From Deltaproteobacteria bacterium (GTDB lineage: Bacteria; Desulfobacterota; Syntrophia; Syntrophales; UBA2185), in the NCBI GenBank assembly GCA_016874835.1, contig VGTB01000001.1, forward strand, positions 5,169-69,168: 64,000 nt of DNA, written 5' to 3'. The notes under the pieces are model-generated. The model was given only the letters and a program-made list of their open reading frames with translations. It did no database searches and was not told where the DNA came from. Positions 17,423 to 27,476 of the stretch are shown here, piece after piece (position 1 is the stretch's first letter; each line of letters starts with the position of its first letter). A program made the position numbers and the translations under genes.

Positions 17423-19114
17423 TCATTCTTGCTGGGGAGTGAGTTTGTAGGCGACTATCACACTTTTTTCCGAGATTGATGCCCCCGTGGAAAGTATAAG
17501 GGCGAGAACGATTTCATTCTGGCCGTCATTATCCACGTCCTTGAATTGATAATCGGCAACATACCCGTTGATCTTTCGTGTCTTCCAGTTTTCCGTAAGT
17601 CCCAATCCATCCCATTCGAGATCGTATACCTCACTCGAGGTGAATAATTTTACGTTTTTAAATACTCTTCCGGTAGCCGATATATTTTTCACAATAATTA
17701 TTTCTTTTTTACCGTCTTTGTTGATATCGTAGGTCAAAATCCGCAGATTAATGAATCTCATTTGTTCGTACGTTTCAGATCCTGAGCGCTTCTGTTCAAT
17801 ATAGGTGCTACTTCCACCATAGACATCATCACTTTTCCAGAGCAGTTCATTGCTCCCTCCAAATGTCTGAAGTCTCATGAGAGGCTTATCCGTTTGTTCG
17901 TATATGGTCAGATAATCATTACTATCAAGAGCAATAATCTTCTCGTTTCCGCCGGTATCTATATTTGCAACGGTTAGACCGTATACTGAAAGACCCAAGG
18001 GGATCTTCATTCTCATGCCCTGTCTGTAATTGCCGTTTTCCCATACTATTTCGTGGATCGGGGTATCGAATGGATTGTCCATACCCCGGTACTGTCCCAG
18101 CAATCGAGGACATGATTCCATTTCCACTACTCTTAAAAACCACGGAAGTTTCGAAGCTATTACGATGAAGTTGCCCTCCTTGAATTCTAAAACAAATGAT
18201 TCCAAGGTGTCGCCCGAGAGGTTAGTCACAATAATTTCTTTGATACCGTTTTGATTAATATCTGCTACATCTACGGATAGATAATGGTCATATGATTTCC
18301 CCGGTATCTTCTGTATGAACTTAAACTTCTTCCCCTGTAGCTGGTATATCATCACATTATTATTATCGATGAGGACAATTTCATTGAGACCGTCACCATT
18401 TACATCACCGATGTCCATACCCTTGAACTCAGTCGGGATCTTCGGACTCATCCAGAATCCTTTTTTGTCAAGGGGTCCAGCTGCATTGATGAATTCAGGG
18501 TTGATGATTGAGGTAAAAGTTCCTTTCTTGCTTGACCTTATTCCCGATGCAATGTCCTTTTCGCGGCTGGGCGGGGATGGCTGCTGCTGGACCGGTAATT
18601 GTGGAGAGACCGCAGGAGAACTGAAGGTCGGTGGGACCGTGCCCAGAATGTGCTGGTCGATTCTCTGGGCAAAGTCGTTAATTTTGGGAATGACGTCATC
18701 CAGACTCTGACTCTGGGTGAAGATGCTTACGTCTGATTTGTTTGTGACGATGTCAACTAACTTTCCGTCGATGCTCAGGCTGTTTCCGATCTTGGTGATG
18801 CTTCCCCATACGACGAAATCCACATTCATTTTCTTGCCCAAGTCGTACACGTCTGCGAGCGTCAGGTCTTTTGCACCTTTTTCCTTCATTGCTTCGGCAA
18901 CTGCATCTTTACCGATGACCTCAATCCCGTCACTCACGGAGATACGGGAGGAGAGCATATCCCGGACGCCCTGTTTTACATAATCAATGTTTTCGGCACT
19001 ATGGATTGCGAAGGGGAGTACTGCCACCTTTTTCTTTTCCTTAGCCCATAATGACCCCGATATAAAGGTGATGAGACAGGTGATGACAACAAATCTGAGC
19101 ACATATTTCATCAT
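17423..19114 (-). CDS. FG-GAP/VCBS repeat protein with N-terminal periplasmic-anchor-like domain
   Basis: It has a signal peptide. The N-terminal KKKVAVLPFAIHS...VVWGSITKIG pattern resembles LpoB/FlgO. Repeated calcium-loop motifs are DVNGDGLNEIVL, DINQNGIKEIIV, DINKDGKKEIII and DVDNDGQNEIVL. Confidence 0.65.
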   Translation of the reverse strand: MMKYVLRFVVITCLITFISGSLWAKEKKKVAVLPFAIHSAENIDYVKQGVRDMLSSRISVSDGIEVIGKDAVAEAMKEKGAKDLTLADVYDLGKKMNVDFVVWGSITKIGNSLSIDGKLVDIVTNKSDVSIFTQSQSLDDVIPKINDFAQRIDQHILGTVPPTFSSPAVSPQLPVQQQPSPPSREKDIASGIRSSKKGTFTSIINPEFINAAGPLDKKGFWMSPKIPTEFKGMDIGDVNGDGLNEIVLIDNNNVMIYQLQGKKFKFIQKIPGKSYDHYLSVDVADINQNGIKEIIVTNLSGDTLESFVLEFKEGNFIVIASKLPWFLRVVEMESCPRLLGQYRGMDNPFDTPIHEIVWENGNYRQGMRMKIPLGLSVYGLTVANIDTGGNEKIIALDSNDYLTIYEQTDKPLMRLQTFGGSNELLWKSDDVYGGSSTYIEQKRSGSETYEQMRFINLRILTYDINKDGKKEIIIVKNISATGRVFKNVKLFTSSEVYDLEWDGLGLTENWKTRKINGYVADYQFKDVDNDGQNEIVLALILSTGASISEKSVIVAYKLTPQQE

Positions 19115-19264
19115 TTTATCTCCTGGTTGTGGGCTGCAACGGTGTAAATCGCCCTGATGCAGTCATTTACAAATCATCGTGAGGAATGGATATATTTCCC
19201 ATTTCCTCCGCCTTCTAACATGTACCCGTGTTTTATTCAAGGGTCATTTCTCCCGTAACCATGT

Positions 19265-20053
19265 TCACGCTTTATCCCTTATCCTCGACCAGAGTAGTCC
19301 GAGATACTCATGACATGCTTTCTGGGTCTTGAGGAGCCCCATGTAAGAGGGATAGAATTCATCGGGCGTGACCGCTTGTTTTTGTTTGATTAAGTGGCCG
19401 GTTGGTGCGGGAATCGGTGAAAGTCCTAACTTGCCGAGGAGTGCCATGGATCTGGGCATATGGGATGCGGACGTAACCAGGACAAATTGGTTTTTGCCGA
19501 CGATATTCCGGATGGTGAGAGCCTGCTCTTCCGTATCCCTGGAAACCGTATCTAACACAATATCTTCAGGGCGAACGTGAAGCATGACTGCCATTGATGA
19601 AAGGGTCTCTGCTTCCGCTCTCTTTTCATATACCGCGCCTCCCGAAAGAACAATTTTACTGCCGGGAATTATTCTTTGGATCCGGATCGCTTCCGCAAGC
19701 CTGACAAGTGATTCTTCGGATAGCTGACTGGTCACGGGAAGTTTCGGGTCTAGGGTGTGTCCTCCTCCCAGCAGGACAATCCACTTTACGGAATGCGTGA
19801 GATCCAAGCGGGATGTTCCGATGTTATCCTGTGTTGCGAAAGGAGGGAATCTCTGTTCAAGGGATTCTAATAAGAGGTCGGGGAGAAAATTGTAACTGAG
19901 GCAACAGAGCATGATCGTTCCCATTGTCACGATGATTTTACCGGCTTTCTGTTTTTTCGTGAACCAGATCAGGATAAGTCCCAGGGTAAGCATTCCAAGA
20001 ATCAATGACAGGGGGTAAAACAGCGGGGCGACAATTTTTTTAAATAGAAACAT
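19265..20053 (-). CDS. DUF218 (YdcF/ElyC) family protein
   Basis: It has two N-terminal TM helices, then WIVLLGGGH...IVLSGG...VTSASHMPRS, typical of DUF218. Confidence 0.7.
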   Translation of the reverse strand: MFLFKKIVAPLFYPLSLILGMLTLGLILIWFTKKQKAGKIIVTMGTIMLCCLSYNFLPDLLLESLEQRFPPFATQDNIGTSRLDLTHSVKWIVLLGGGHTLDPKLPVTSQLSEESLVRLAEAIRIQRIIPGSKIVLSGGAVYEKRAEAETLSSMAVMLHVRPEDIVLDTVSRDTEEQALTIRNIVGKNQFVLVTSASHMPRSMALLGKLGLSPIPAPTGHLIKQKQAVTPDEFYPSYMGLLKTQKACHEYLGLLWSRIRDKA

Positions 20054-20139
20054 GGCTGATTTCCTTAAAGATTTTGATATATGTTCAAGAGAGTCATACT
20101 ATCGCACTATCCTCAGTAATTTCTTGTATCCGTCAGTGG

Positions 20140-22029
20140 CTATTGCGCACTCTCTGAAAATGATGCTTCCCGATCGGTGAAAGGAATTGTCAGATGATAT
20201 ACACCGAATTCCACAACCGCCTGAATCGGATAACGGGATTTTTCATATACCCTGATCATTGCCTTATTGTCGGCCAGCACGTCGGCGGTGAAACCTTTGA
20301 TGCCACGTTCGCGGGCGTAAGTAATGAGCATGTCCAGGAGAGAGGTAGCGATGCCTCTGCCCTGGAACTTTTCATCGACGACAAAGGCTGTGTCGGCGTA
20401 CGGTCTGTCCTGGAGGCGTACATATCGCCCTTCAGCAATGATGCGTTCAATGCCGTCTTCATCGATAACGCCCACAACTGACATGCAACGTCGGTAGTCG
20501 ACATTCACGTACTCCTGCATCTTGGCGTGGGGCATGACCTTGATGGGGGTGAAATAGCGGTAGTATACCGCTTTGTCTGAAAAACGATAGAATAGCCTGC
20601 GCATTTCCTCCTCGTCCGAAGGCTTAAGTGCCCTGAAACGGATCAAGAGCCCATCCCGGAAGGTTTGAGTGGAAATGATATCAGGATACAAATGACCTGA
20701 TTCGGTGAGGAAAATTTGGTCTGAGTAGAGAATGTTTGCTGCCTTGGCCTGCCGGATGAGCTCGGCACGGTCATCGGGGTGAGCGATGTCTATGAGCGCC
20801 TGCGCCCGCTCACGGACAGTTCTTCCGATCATGTAGGCTATGCCGTACTCGGTGATTATGAGATCCAGGGACTCACGGTTCGTGAACTGATTAGGGTACT
20901 CATCGACGGAGAGCAGAATGTTCGGCTGACCTTGAAGATTGCGGCTCGGCAGAGCAAAGATTGTTCTTCCACCCCGGGAGTGTTCTGCACCGGCGAAGAA
21001 TTCCTGTGCCTGCCCCGGACCGGGGGTTACGTTTCCCCTGCCGATCGGGAGCGCGATTCCTCCCGTGATATCCACTTTCCTTGCGGGTAAAATGGCTATC
21101 ATCTTGTCGTTCATGCTGATCCTCATGTGATCTGAAACAACGTCTATCCCCTGAAATTCAATAAGAGGATTTCTGTGGAGCCATTTCATCAGTTCCGGTG
21201 TTCCCTGAGCATACGCGGTAAGGGATTTGTCGTGAAAATGCCCCTTTTTCTTGTTGGTAACGGCACCGCACTTGACAAGATCCATGAGGGGATCGGTGAA
21301 AAAAAAGGTATGGATGCCTAAATTTCGCTTACGGGCGAGGTGTTTCCCCAATGCTTCGAACAGCGCGCCGGAATAAAAAGAGAGACAACTTCCGTCTTCA
21401 ATGAGAGAAGCGACGTTGGCGGCTACCCTGTCGATCACATCGTCAAACGGCCATCTGGGGAAATAAATGGGGGGGTCTGTTGCGTGAATCAAGAAATCAA
21501 ATTCATCCATATGTACAAATGTATTGCCCATGGTACGCGGCACTTTGTCGTTGATCTCACCGACGACAATTGCCGCCTGTGTCATGGCATGTTTGGCTAC
21601 ATCGACTGAAACTCCCAGGCTTGAATAACCTCTGCTGTCAGGGGGGGTAATTTGTACGAAAGCGATATCGACGCGAATTGCCCCCGAATCTATGAGTTTC
21701 GGGATCCGGGAAAAGCGGCACGGGATCATGTCCACGGAACCCGCCATGATGGCCTTGCTCGCAGCCCATCCGGCAAAAAAAGTCTTGAGCCTGTACTTTT
21801 GAGCTGTTGCGGTACTGCTGAAGGCAATTGCGTCGCCGAGGCTGACAATCTGGATGAGCTCGAGGTCCGTGAGGTTTGTGAGGTTCGATGACATGAGATT
21901 TTTTACAAGCGTTCTTGGTTCGGCCACTCCTGTTCCCAGGAAGATGCTCATGCCCGGTTCTATTTTTCTGAGAACCTCGTCAGGTGGAACGACTTTTTCA
22001 TTCCATTTGAAAGTGTCTTCGCCCTCCAT
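20140..22029 (-). CDS. Acetyl-CoA hydrolase/transferase family domain fused to C-terminal GNAT acetyltransferase
   Basis: The N-terminal ~430 aa are CoA-transferase-like (GTGVAEPRTL...). The C-terminal ~170 aa carry the GNAT motif A region VDEKFQGRGIATSLL. Confidence 0.75.
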   Translation of the reverse strand: MEGEDTFKWNEKVVPPDEVLRKIEPGMSIFLGTGVAEPRTLVKNLMSSNLTNLTDLELIQIVSLGDAIAFSSTATAQKYRLKTFFAGWAASKAIMAGSVDMIPCRFSRIPKLIDSGAIRVDIAFVQITPPDSRGYSSLGVSVDVAKHAMTQAAIVVGEINDKVPRTMGNTFVHMDEFDFLIHATDPPIYFPRWPFDDVIDRVAANVASLIEDGSCLSFYSGALFEALGKHLARKRNLGIHTFFFTDPLMDLVKCGAVTNKKKGHFHDKSLTAYAQGTPELMKWLHRNPLIEFQGIDVVSDHMRISMNDKMIAILPARKVDITGGIALPIGRGNVTPGPGQAQEFFAGAEHSRGGRTIFALPSRNLQGQPNILLSVDEYPNQFTNRESLDLIITEYGIAYMIGRTVRERAQALIDIAHPDDRAELIRQAKAANILYSDQIFLTESGHLYPDIISTQTFRDGLLIRFRALKPSDEEEMRRLFYRFSDKAVYYRYFTPIKVMPHAKMQEYVNVDYRRCMSVVGVIDEDGIERIIAEGRYVRLQDRPYADTAFVVDEKFQGRGIATSLLDMLITYARERGIKGFTADVLADNKAMIRVYEKSRYPIQAVVEFGVYHLTIPFTDREASFSESAQ

Positions 22030-22271
22030 AAAGTTACCACTCTCCTTTTTCCATATTGTGCGACGTTGAGATCATTGACGAGTAGATTGGTTAACTCATT
22101 ACCACAAATTGCGATGCCATTGAAGTTGAGAAATGTATCTTATGGGTGACGGGAACTCATTTCATTATGGCCATCTTTTTTTAATTTCTTTTTCAGTTGA
22201 TTTATTCTATATTTGCAAGCCGTAATGGGAAGCAGGTCAAAAACTATATTATTGAGGTCAGGAGGAAAAGA

Positions 22272-23573
22272 TTGATTTCGAGATACTCGAGAGAGAAAAT
22301 GAGTGCTGTATGGAGCCCTGAGAACAGGTACAGGAAATGGCTGGATATCGAAATCCTGGCCTGCGAGGCCATGGCTGAGAAGGGTGATATTGATCAGGCC
22401 GTTTTGCAAAATATCAAACAGAAGGCGGCATTCGATATTGCACGGATAGAGGAGATAGAAAAAACGACGAAACACGATGTCGTCGCGTTTCTCACTTCAG
22501 TTGCGGAAAAAGTAGGAGAGGATAGCAGGTTCATTCATATGGGACTCACCTCGTCCGATGTTCTGGATACATCGCTTGCCGTTCTTCTCAGAGAGGCGTC
22601 GGATATCCTTATTGGTGATATGGACAGGCTCCTCGCGGTGCTCAAAAAAAAGGCATTTGAGCATCGAGATACCATTATGATGGGGAGATCTCATGGGGTT
22701 CACGCCGAGCCCATTACATTTGGTTTAAAGATTGCCCTCTGGTTTCAGGAGATGGAGAGGAATCTGGCGCGGCTTCATCATGCGAGAGAGACCATCAGTT
22801 ACGGAAAGATTTCCGGTGTGGTAGGGACCTATTCTTTCATTGATCCATCTGTAGAAGAATACGTATGTCGTGAGCTCGATCTCAAGCCCGCGCCGGTTTC
22901 ATCCCAGATCATTCAGAGAGACAGGCACGCCGAATACTTTACCACACTGGCCATTATTGCATCTTCCATAGACAAGTTTGCGCAGGAGATAAGACTTCTT
23001 CAGAGGACAGAGGTACAGGAAGTGGAGGAGTACTTCACTCCCGGGCAAAAGGGATCTTCCGCAATGCCCCATAAGAGAAATCCCGTTCTGTCGGAAAACC
23101 TTTCCGGACTTGCCCGCCTGATGAGATCCTATGCGGTAGCCGCCCTCGAAGATATAGCACTCTGGCATGAGCGGGATATCAGTCACTCATCGGTGGAAAG
23201 AGTTATTGCTCCCGACGCAACAATTCTTCTTGATTTTATGTTGTTCAGGTTCACAGACCTTGTGGACAGACTGCTGGTGTATCCGGAGAGGATGCGTGCC
23301 AATATCGAAATGACCCGGGGTGTCGTTTTCTCTCAGATGGTTCTTCTGAAACTTATCGAGAAAGGTGTGACCCGCGAAGATGCCTACCGCATAGTGCAAG
23401 AAAATGCGATGGAATCATGGCATGATGGGATCGATTTCAGACAGACACTTCTTGAGGATGAGAAAGTGATGTCCTGCTTAGGCGAAGAGGATATTGAAGC
23501 GGTATTCAAATTGGAAAATTTTCTGAAACATATACATTTGATATTTGACCGTGTATTTGGGGAGGAGAGATGA
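22272..23573 (+). CDS. purB: Adenylosuccinate lyase
   Basis: (L/M)ISRYSREKMSAVWSPENRY is a typical PurB N-terminus, and the GSSAMPHKRNP signature is present. TTG at 22272 follows AGGAGG at 22260-22265, so the track Met at 22197 is probably upstream of the real start. Confidence 0.9.
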   Translation: MISRYSREKMSAVWSPENRYRKWLDIEILACEAMAEKGDIDQAVLQNIKQKAAFDIARIEEIEKTTKHDVVAFLTSVAEKVGEDSRFIHMGLTSSDVLDTSLAVLLREASDILIGDMDRLLAVLKKKAFEHRDTIMMGRSHGVHAEPITFGLKIALWFQEMERNLARLHHARETISYGKISGVVGTYSFIDPSVEEYVCRELDLKPAPVSSQIIQRDRHAEYFTTLAIIASSIDKFAQEIRLLQRTEVQEVEEYFTPGQKGSSAMPHKRNPVLSENLSGLARLMRSYAVAALEDIALWHERDISHSSVERVIAPDATILLDFMLFRFTDLVDRLLVYPERMRANIEMTRGVVFSQMVLLKLIEKGVTREDAYRIVQENAMESWHDGIDFRQTLLEDEKVMSCLGEEDIEAVFKLENFLKHIHLIFDRVFGEER

Positions 23574-24196
23574 ACAAACACTTTGGAGTTTTTTTGTGTA
23601 TGATTGTCATAATGATCGGTGGGTGTGGCCATATTGAGGGCTACATTGATATTGTAAAATACAAAGGTGTGTCAAAAGAGTATCTTGGAAACCTGGAGGC
23701 ATGGTCAAGATCACAGACAGTGTATTCAGAATTTGAAACTATGGTTTATATCAAGGCGACGTACAGGGGGGACGAATTCAACAAGGCATATCTCATGGAA
23801 TATGCGAGAATATACCATCTTCAGGACAGCGAAAGGAAGAAGAGAGAAGAGGTTCAAACCAGCTTCTCCTCTGATTTTGCAGAGTTTTTCTTCTATGCGT
23901 ACACACCCGAGAAAGACGCAAATGATTTTGAGAAAGAGCGTTCCATATGGACAGTATTCCTTATTGATGAAAGGGGGAACAGAGTAAATCCCGTCGAACT
24001 GAGAAAAATAGAGAAAGTCTCTCCCCTCGTTACAGAATTTTATCCGTATGTGAATCAGTATTACGGAATGTGCTATACGCTAAAATTTCCTCTGGTCAAA
24101 CTCGAAGAGCCGCGTACCGGTAGTGCCGGGGAGAAGCGATACAGGCTTATTTTTACCAGTGTAATCGGCAAAGTAGAACTTGAATGGAAAATATAG
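23570..24196 (+). CDS. Lipoprotein, unknown function
   Basis: A lipobox lies in MIVIMIGGCGH, and the start overlaps the purB stop by ATGA. I recognise no family. Confidence 0.5.
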   Translation: MNKHFGVFLCMIVIMIGGCGHIEGYIDIVKYKGVSKEYLGNLEAWSRSQTVYSEFETMVYIKATYRGDEFNKAYLMEYARIYHLQDSERKKREEVQTSFSSDFAEFFFYAYTPEKDANDFEKERSIWTVFLIDERGNRVNPVELRKIEKVSPLVTEFYPYVNQYYGMCYTLKFPLVKLEEPRTGSAGEKRYRLIFTSVIGKVELEWKI

Positions 24197-24244
24197 TTCT
24201 CGAAAAAGAAGTGAGAGATGTCCTGTAATATGACGGGCCGGTGA

Positions 24245-25873
24245 TCAGGAAGCGTTTTTGAGGACGAGGCCTTTTCTCACAATTGTATCTTTCAACCAGT
24301 GATGATCGTCCTTTTCTGGATAATCTATGTTGTAGTGAAGACCTCTGCTCTCTTTTCTCATTTGAGCACACTCTATAATTAATCTCGCCACCGTTGCGAT
24401 ATTGCGGAGTTCCACCAGGTCTCTCGTGATAATGAAATTTCTGTAGTATTCGTCAATTTCGCGGCCGATGAGTTCTATTCTCCGCGCAGCACGATCAAGC
24501 CTTTTATTGGATCTCATGATTCCCACATAATTCCACATGAATCTCCTGATTTCATCCCAGTTGTGTGCAACGACGACCGATTCGTCGCTTTCCGTTGCAC
24601 CCCTCGGATCCCAGGCAGGGATGGCAATAGGATCGTCTTTTTTCTCATGGAACGTCTCGGCTATTTTGAGAAATGAGCGATGGGCAAATACCACCGCCTC
24701 CAGGAGGGAGTTGCTGGCGAGCCGGTTGGCGCCGTGGAGCCCCGTGCACGAAACTTCACCGCAGGCGTAGAGACGTTCAATGGTTGTTTTTCCATATGCA
24801 TCCACTACCACGCCTCCGCACATGTAATGGGCGGCAGGAACAACCGGTATCGGGTCCTTTGTCATGTCGATACCGAATTCCATACACTTGCTGTATATAT
24901 TCGGGAATCTGCTGGTGAGGAAGTCACTGTCTTTGTGGGTTATGTCCAGGAGAACGTAGTCATCACCGGATTTTTTGAGCTCCGTGTCAATTGCTTTCGC
25001 AACGATATCTCGTGGAGCGAGACTTTTCATGGGATGGTACTTTTCCATAAACGAGGCACCGCTTATCGATTTCAGGATACCACCTTCTCCTCGGACCGCC
25101 TCGCTTATAAGAAATGATTTTGCTTCGGGATGATAGAGGCAGGTCGGATGAAACTGTATAAATTCCATATTCCCGATGGAGGCTCCTGCCCTGTAGGCCA
25201 TAGCGATACCATCACCGGTCGCGATGTCGGGGTTTGTGGTTATCAGGTAAACTTTTCCGGCGCCACCGGTTGCGAGGATGGTGAATTTTGCTTTCATTGT
25301 ATGAATTTCGCCGCGGTTGGTATCCAAGATATACGCTCCGACACATCTGTCGCGGTGGTCTTCCCGCCGACCGCGGAGAGTCGATTCCAAAATGAGATCA
25401 ATGCCAATGTGGTTTTCGTATATCCTGATGTTTTTTTTGGAACTTGCTTTTTCATGGAGTGCCCGTTCAATCTCCTGTCCCGTCAAATCTTTTGCATGGA
25501 GCACCCGTCTCATGGAATGGCCGCCTTCCCGTCCTAAGTCGTAATAACTGGAGTTTTTGTTTTCCGATTTCGTGAACTCGACACCCCAGTCGATGAGTTC
25601 TTTGATTCTCTCGGGACCGTCGGTGATCACTAAACGCACCACTTCTTCGTTACAGAGACCCGCTCCACATGTGAGGGTATCTTTGATATGGTATTCAAAG
25701 CGGTCCTCTTTGTGGTGTACCGCCGCAATGCCGCCCTGGGCCAGATTTGTGCTTGAATCGGATTTTTCTTTTTTCGTGACGATGGCGACGGTTCCTAAAT
25801 CCGCTGCCTTGATTGCGAAGCTCAATCCGGCGATTCCGCTTCCCAAGACCAAAAAGTCCGTTGTTACTTCCAT
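24245..25873 (-). CDS. nadB: L-aspartate oxidase
   Basis: FAD-binding DFLVLGSGIAGLSFA and the succinate-dehydrogenase/fumarate-reductase flavoprotein family motifs HYMCGGV and RLASNSLLE are present, and the ~540 aa length fits. Confidence 0.9.
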   Translation of the reverse strand: MEVTTDFLVLGSGIAGLSFAIKAADLGTVAIVTKKEKSDSSTNLAQGGIAAVHHKEDRFEYHIKDTLTCGAGLCNEEVVRLVITDGPERIKELIDWGVEFTKSENKNSSYYDLGREGGHSMRRVLHAKDLTGQEIERALHEKASSKKNIRIYENHIGIDLILESTLRGRREDHRDRCVGAYILDTNRGEIHTMKAKFTILATGGAGKVYLITTNPDIATGDGIAMAYRAGASIGNMEFIQFHPTCLYHPEAKSFLISEAVRGEGGILKSISGASFMEKYHPMKSLAPRDIVAKAIDTELKKSGDDYVLLDITHKDSDFLTSRFPNIYSKCMEFGIDMTKDPIPVVPAAHYMCGGVVVDAYGKTTIERLYACGEVSCTGLHGANRLASNSLLEAVVFAHRSFLKIAETFHEKKDDPIAIPAWDPRGATESDESVVVAHNWDEIRRFMWNYVGIMRSNKRLDRAARRIELIGREIDEYYRNFIITRDLVELRNIATVARLIIECAQMRKESRGLHYNIDYPEKDDHHWLKDTIVRKGLVLKNAS

Positions 25874-25989
25874 GCGCGGGTGTTCCTTCTTCAGTACGTT
25901 GAGTATGTAAAAGCTATTTACAAAGTTCGCCCGTTTCTATATATAAAATCCGGATTTTTGTAAAAGGAAATTGTCCGGGGAATGGGAGA

Positions 25990-27009
25990 ATGCTTGTTCT
26001 GGGTATAGAAACATCCTGTGATGAGACAGCGGCGGCGGTACTCCGTGACGGGCGGCTTATTCCCGCCTCCAATGTCGTTGCTTCCCAGGCAGACCTGCAT
26101 AGCGAATATGGAGGGGTTGTGCCGGAGATTGCATCGCGTAAGCACATGGAGACGATTATACCGGTGATATGCCGGGCACTCCGTGGTGCGGGGGTTTCCC
26201 TACGTGATATAGAAGGTATTGCCGTCACCAGGGGGCCCGGTCTCGTCGGATCCCTTCTTGTCGGTTTATCTGTCGCGAAAGCCATTGCCTTCGCGTTGGA
26301 TATTCCGTTCGTGGGGGTAAATCATCTTGAGGGTCATGTGGCCTCGGTGTTCCTGGGTGATTCTTCCCCGGATTTCCCCTTTGTAGCTCTCGTTGTTTCC
26401 GGGGGGCATACTAATATCTATCTGGCAAATGGTTTCCAGGATTTCAGGGTTCTCGGTCAGACGAAGGATGATGCAGCCGGTGAGGCTTTTGACAAAGCGG
26501 CGAAACTTCTCAATATCGGCTATCCCGGTGGGGTCGTAATTGACCGACTGGCAAGGGGAGGGAAGAAAGACTGGATTCAATTCCCAAGGGCCATGAAAGA
26601 GAGTATGGATTTCAGTTTCAGCGGTTTGAAAACATCCCTGTTGAAGTGTATCAAAAAGAGGGGATATCCCTTTCATGAGCGGGATTTGCCGGATGTGGCA
26701 GCAAGTTATCAGGAGGCTATTGTTGATGTCCTGGTTGAAAAAACATTGAGAGCGGCGCAAATGTTTTCCATTAAGAAGGTTGTGGTATGCGGGGGTGTTG
26801 CCGCGAACGGGAGATTGAGAGAAAGATTTCGCGAGGAAGCCGACTCCAGGGGGATTGACGTATATATACCACCTGCTCTTTTCTGTACCGACAACGCGGC
26901 AATGGTTGCAGTTGTCGGGGAAGACATATTGAAGAGAGGCTTCCGGGACACCTTTGATATCAACGCTGTGTCAAGGTGGCCGTTGGATACTCTCCGGGGA
27001 TATTCATGA
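25990..27009 (+). CDS. tsaD: tRNA N6-adenosine threonylcarbamoyltransferase TsaD
   Basis: LGIETSCDETAAAV, NHLEGH and GGVAAN motifs are present. Confidence 0.92.
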   Translation: MLVLGIETSCDETAAAVLRDGRLIPASNVVASQADLHSEYGGVVPEIASRKHMETIIPVICRALRGAGVSLRDIEGIAVTRGPGLVGSLLVGLSVAKAIAFALDIPFVGVNHLEGHVASVFLGDSSPDFPFVALVVSGGHTNIYLANGFQDFRVLGQTKDDAAGEAFDKAAKLLNIGYPGGVVIDRLARGGKKDWIQFPRAMKESMDFSFSGLKTSLLKCIKKRGYPFHERDLPDVAASYQEAIVDVLVEKTLRAAQMFSIKKVVVCGGVAANGRLRERFREEADSRGIDVYIPPALFCTDNAAMVAVVGEDILKRGFRDTFDINAVSRWPLDTLRGYS

Positions 27010-27476
27010 TCGTGAAAAAGAGACTCCAGAATTTTTACAAAGATTTTCTCAGCCTGAAGGGTGAACCGCGCACTATCGCCATGGGGATGGCAATCGGAGT
27101 TTTTGTCGGGGTAACTCCTACAATACCGTTTCATACGGTTCTTGTCATAATGTTTGCCTATCTCTTTCGACAGAACATGACCGCCGCGTTCTTAGGCTCA
27201 TTGATGATTTCCAATCCGGTGACCATACCATTTTTTTATGTCAGTCAATATGCACTGGGGAGATATATCTTAGGGGAAAATCTACACTATTTTACACCGG
27301 CAGAATTTTCCGCGACACACATTCTCAACATGGGGTGGCAAATTATATGTCCTCTTCTCCTGGGAGGGGTGATGATGGCCACTTTCCTTGCAGTTTCGGC
27401 GTACTATATAACCCACAACGCCGTTGTCGGCATCAGGAAAAAAGCACACAATGACTTCCGTAAGAAAAGTCCTTAA
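27006..27476 (+). CDS. DUF2062 family membrane protein
   Basis: GEPRTIAMGMAIGVFVGVTPTIPFHTVL fits the family. ATG at 27006 overlaps the tsaD stop (ATGA), which I prefer over the track start at 26976. Confidence 0.65.
   Translation: MIVKKRLQNFYKDFLSLKGEPRTIAMGMAIGVFVGVTPTIPFHTVLVIMFAYLFRQNMTAAFLGSLMISNPVTIPFFYVSQYALGRYILGENLHYFTPAEFSATHILNMGWQIICPLLLGGVMMATFLAVSAYYITHNAVVGIRKKAHNDFRKKSP

Noticed and set aside
22030-22271. Possible purine or ZTP riboswitch upstream of purB
   Set aside because: No conserved purine-riboswitch loops or ZTP (pfl) motif are recognisable, and the region looks like an ordinary divergent promoter spacer.
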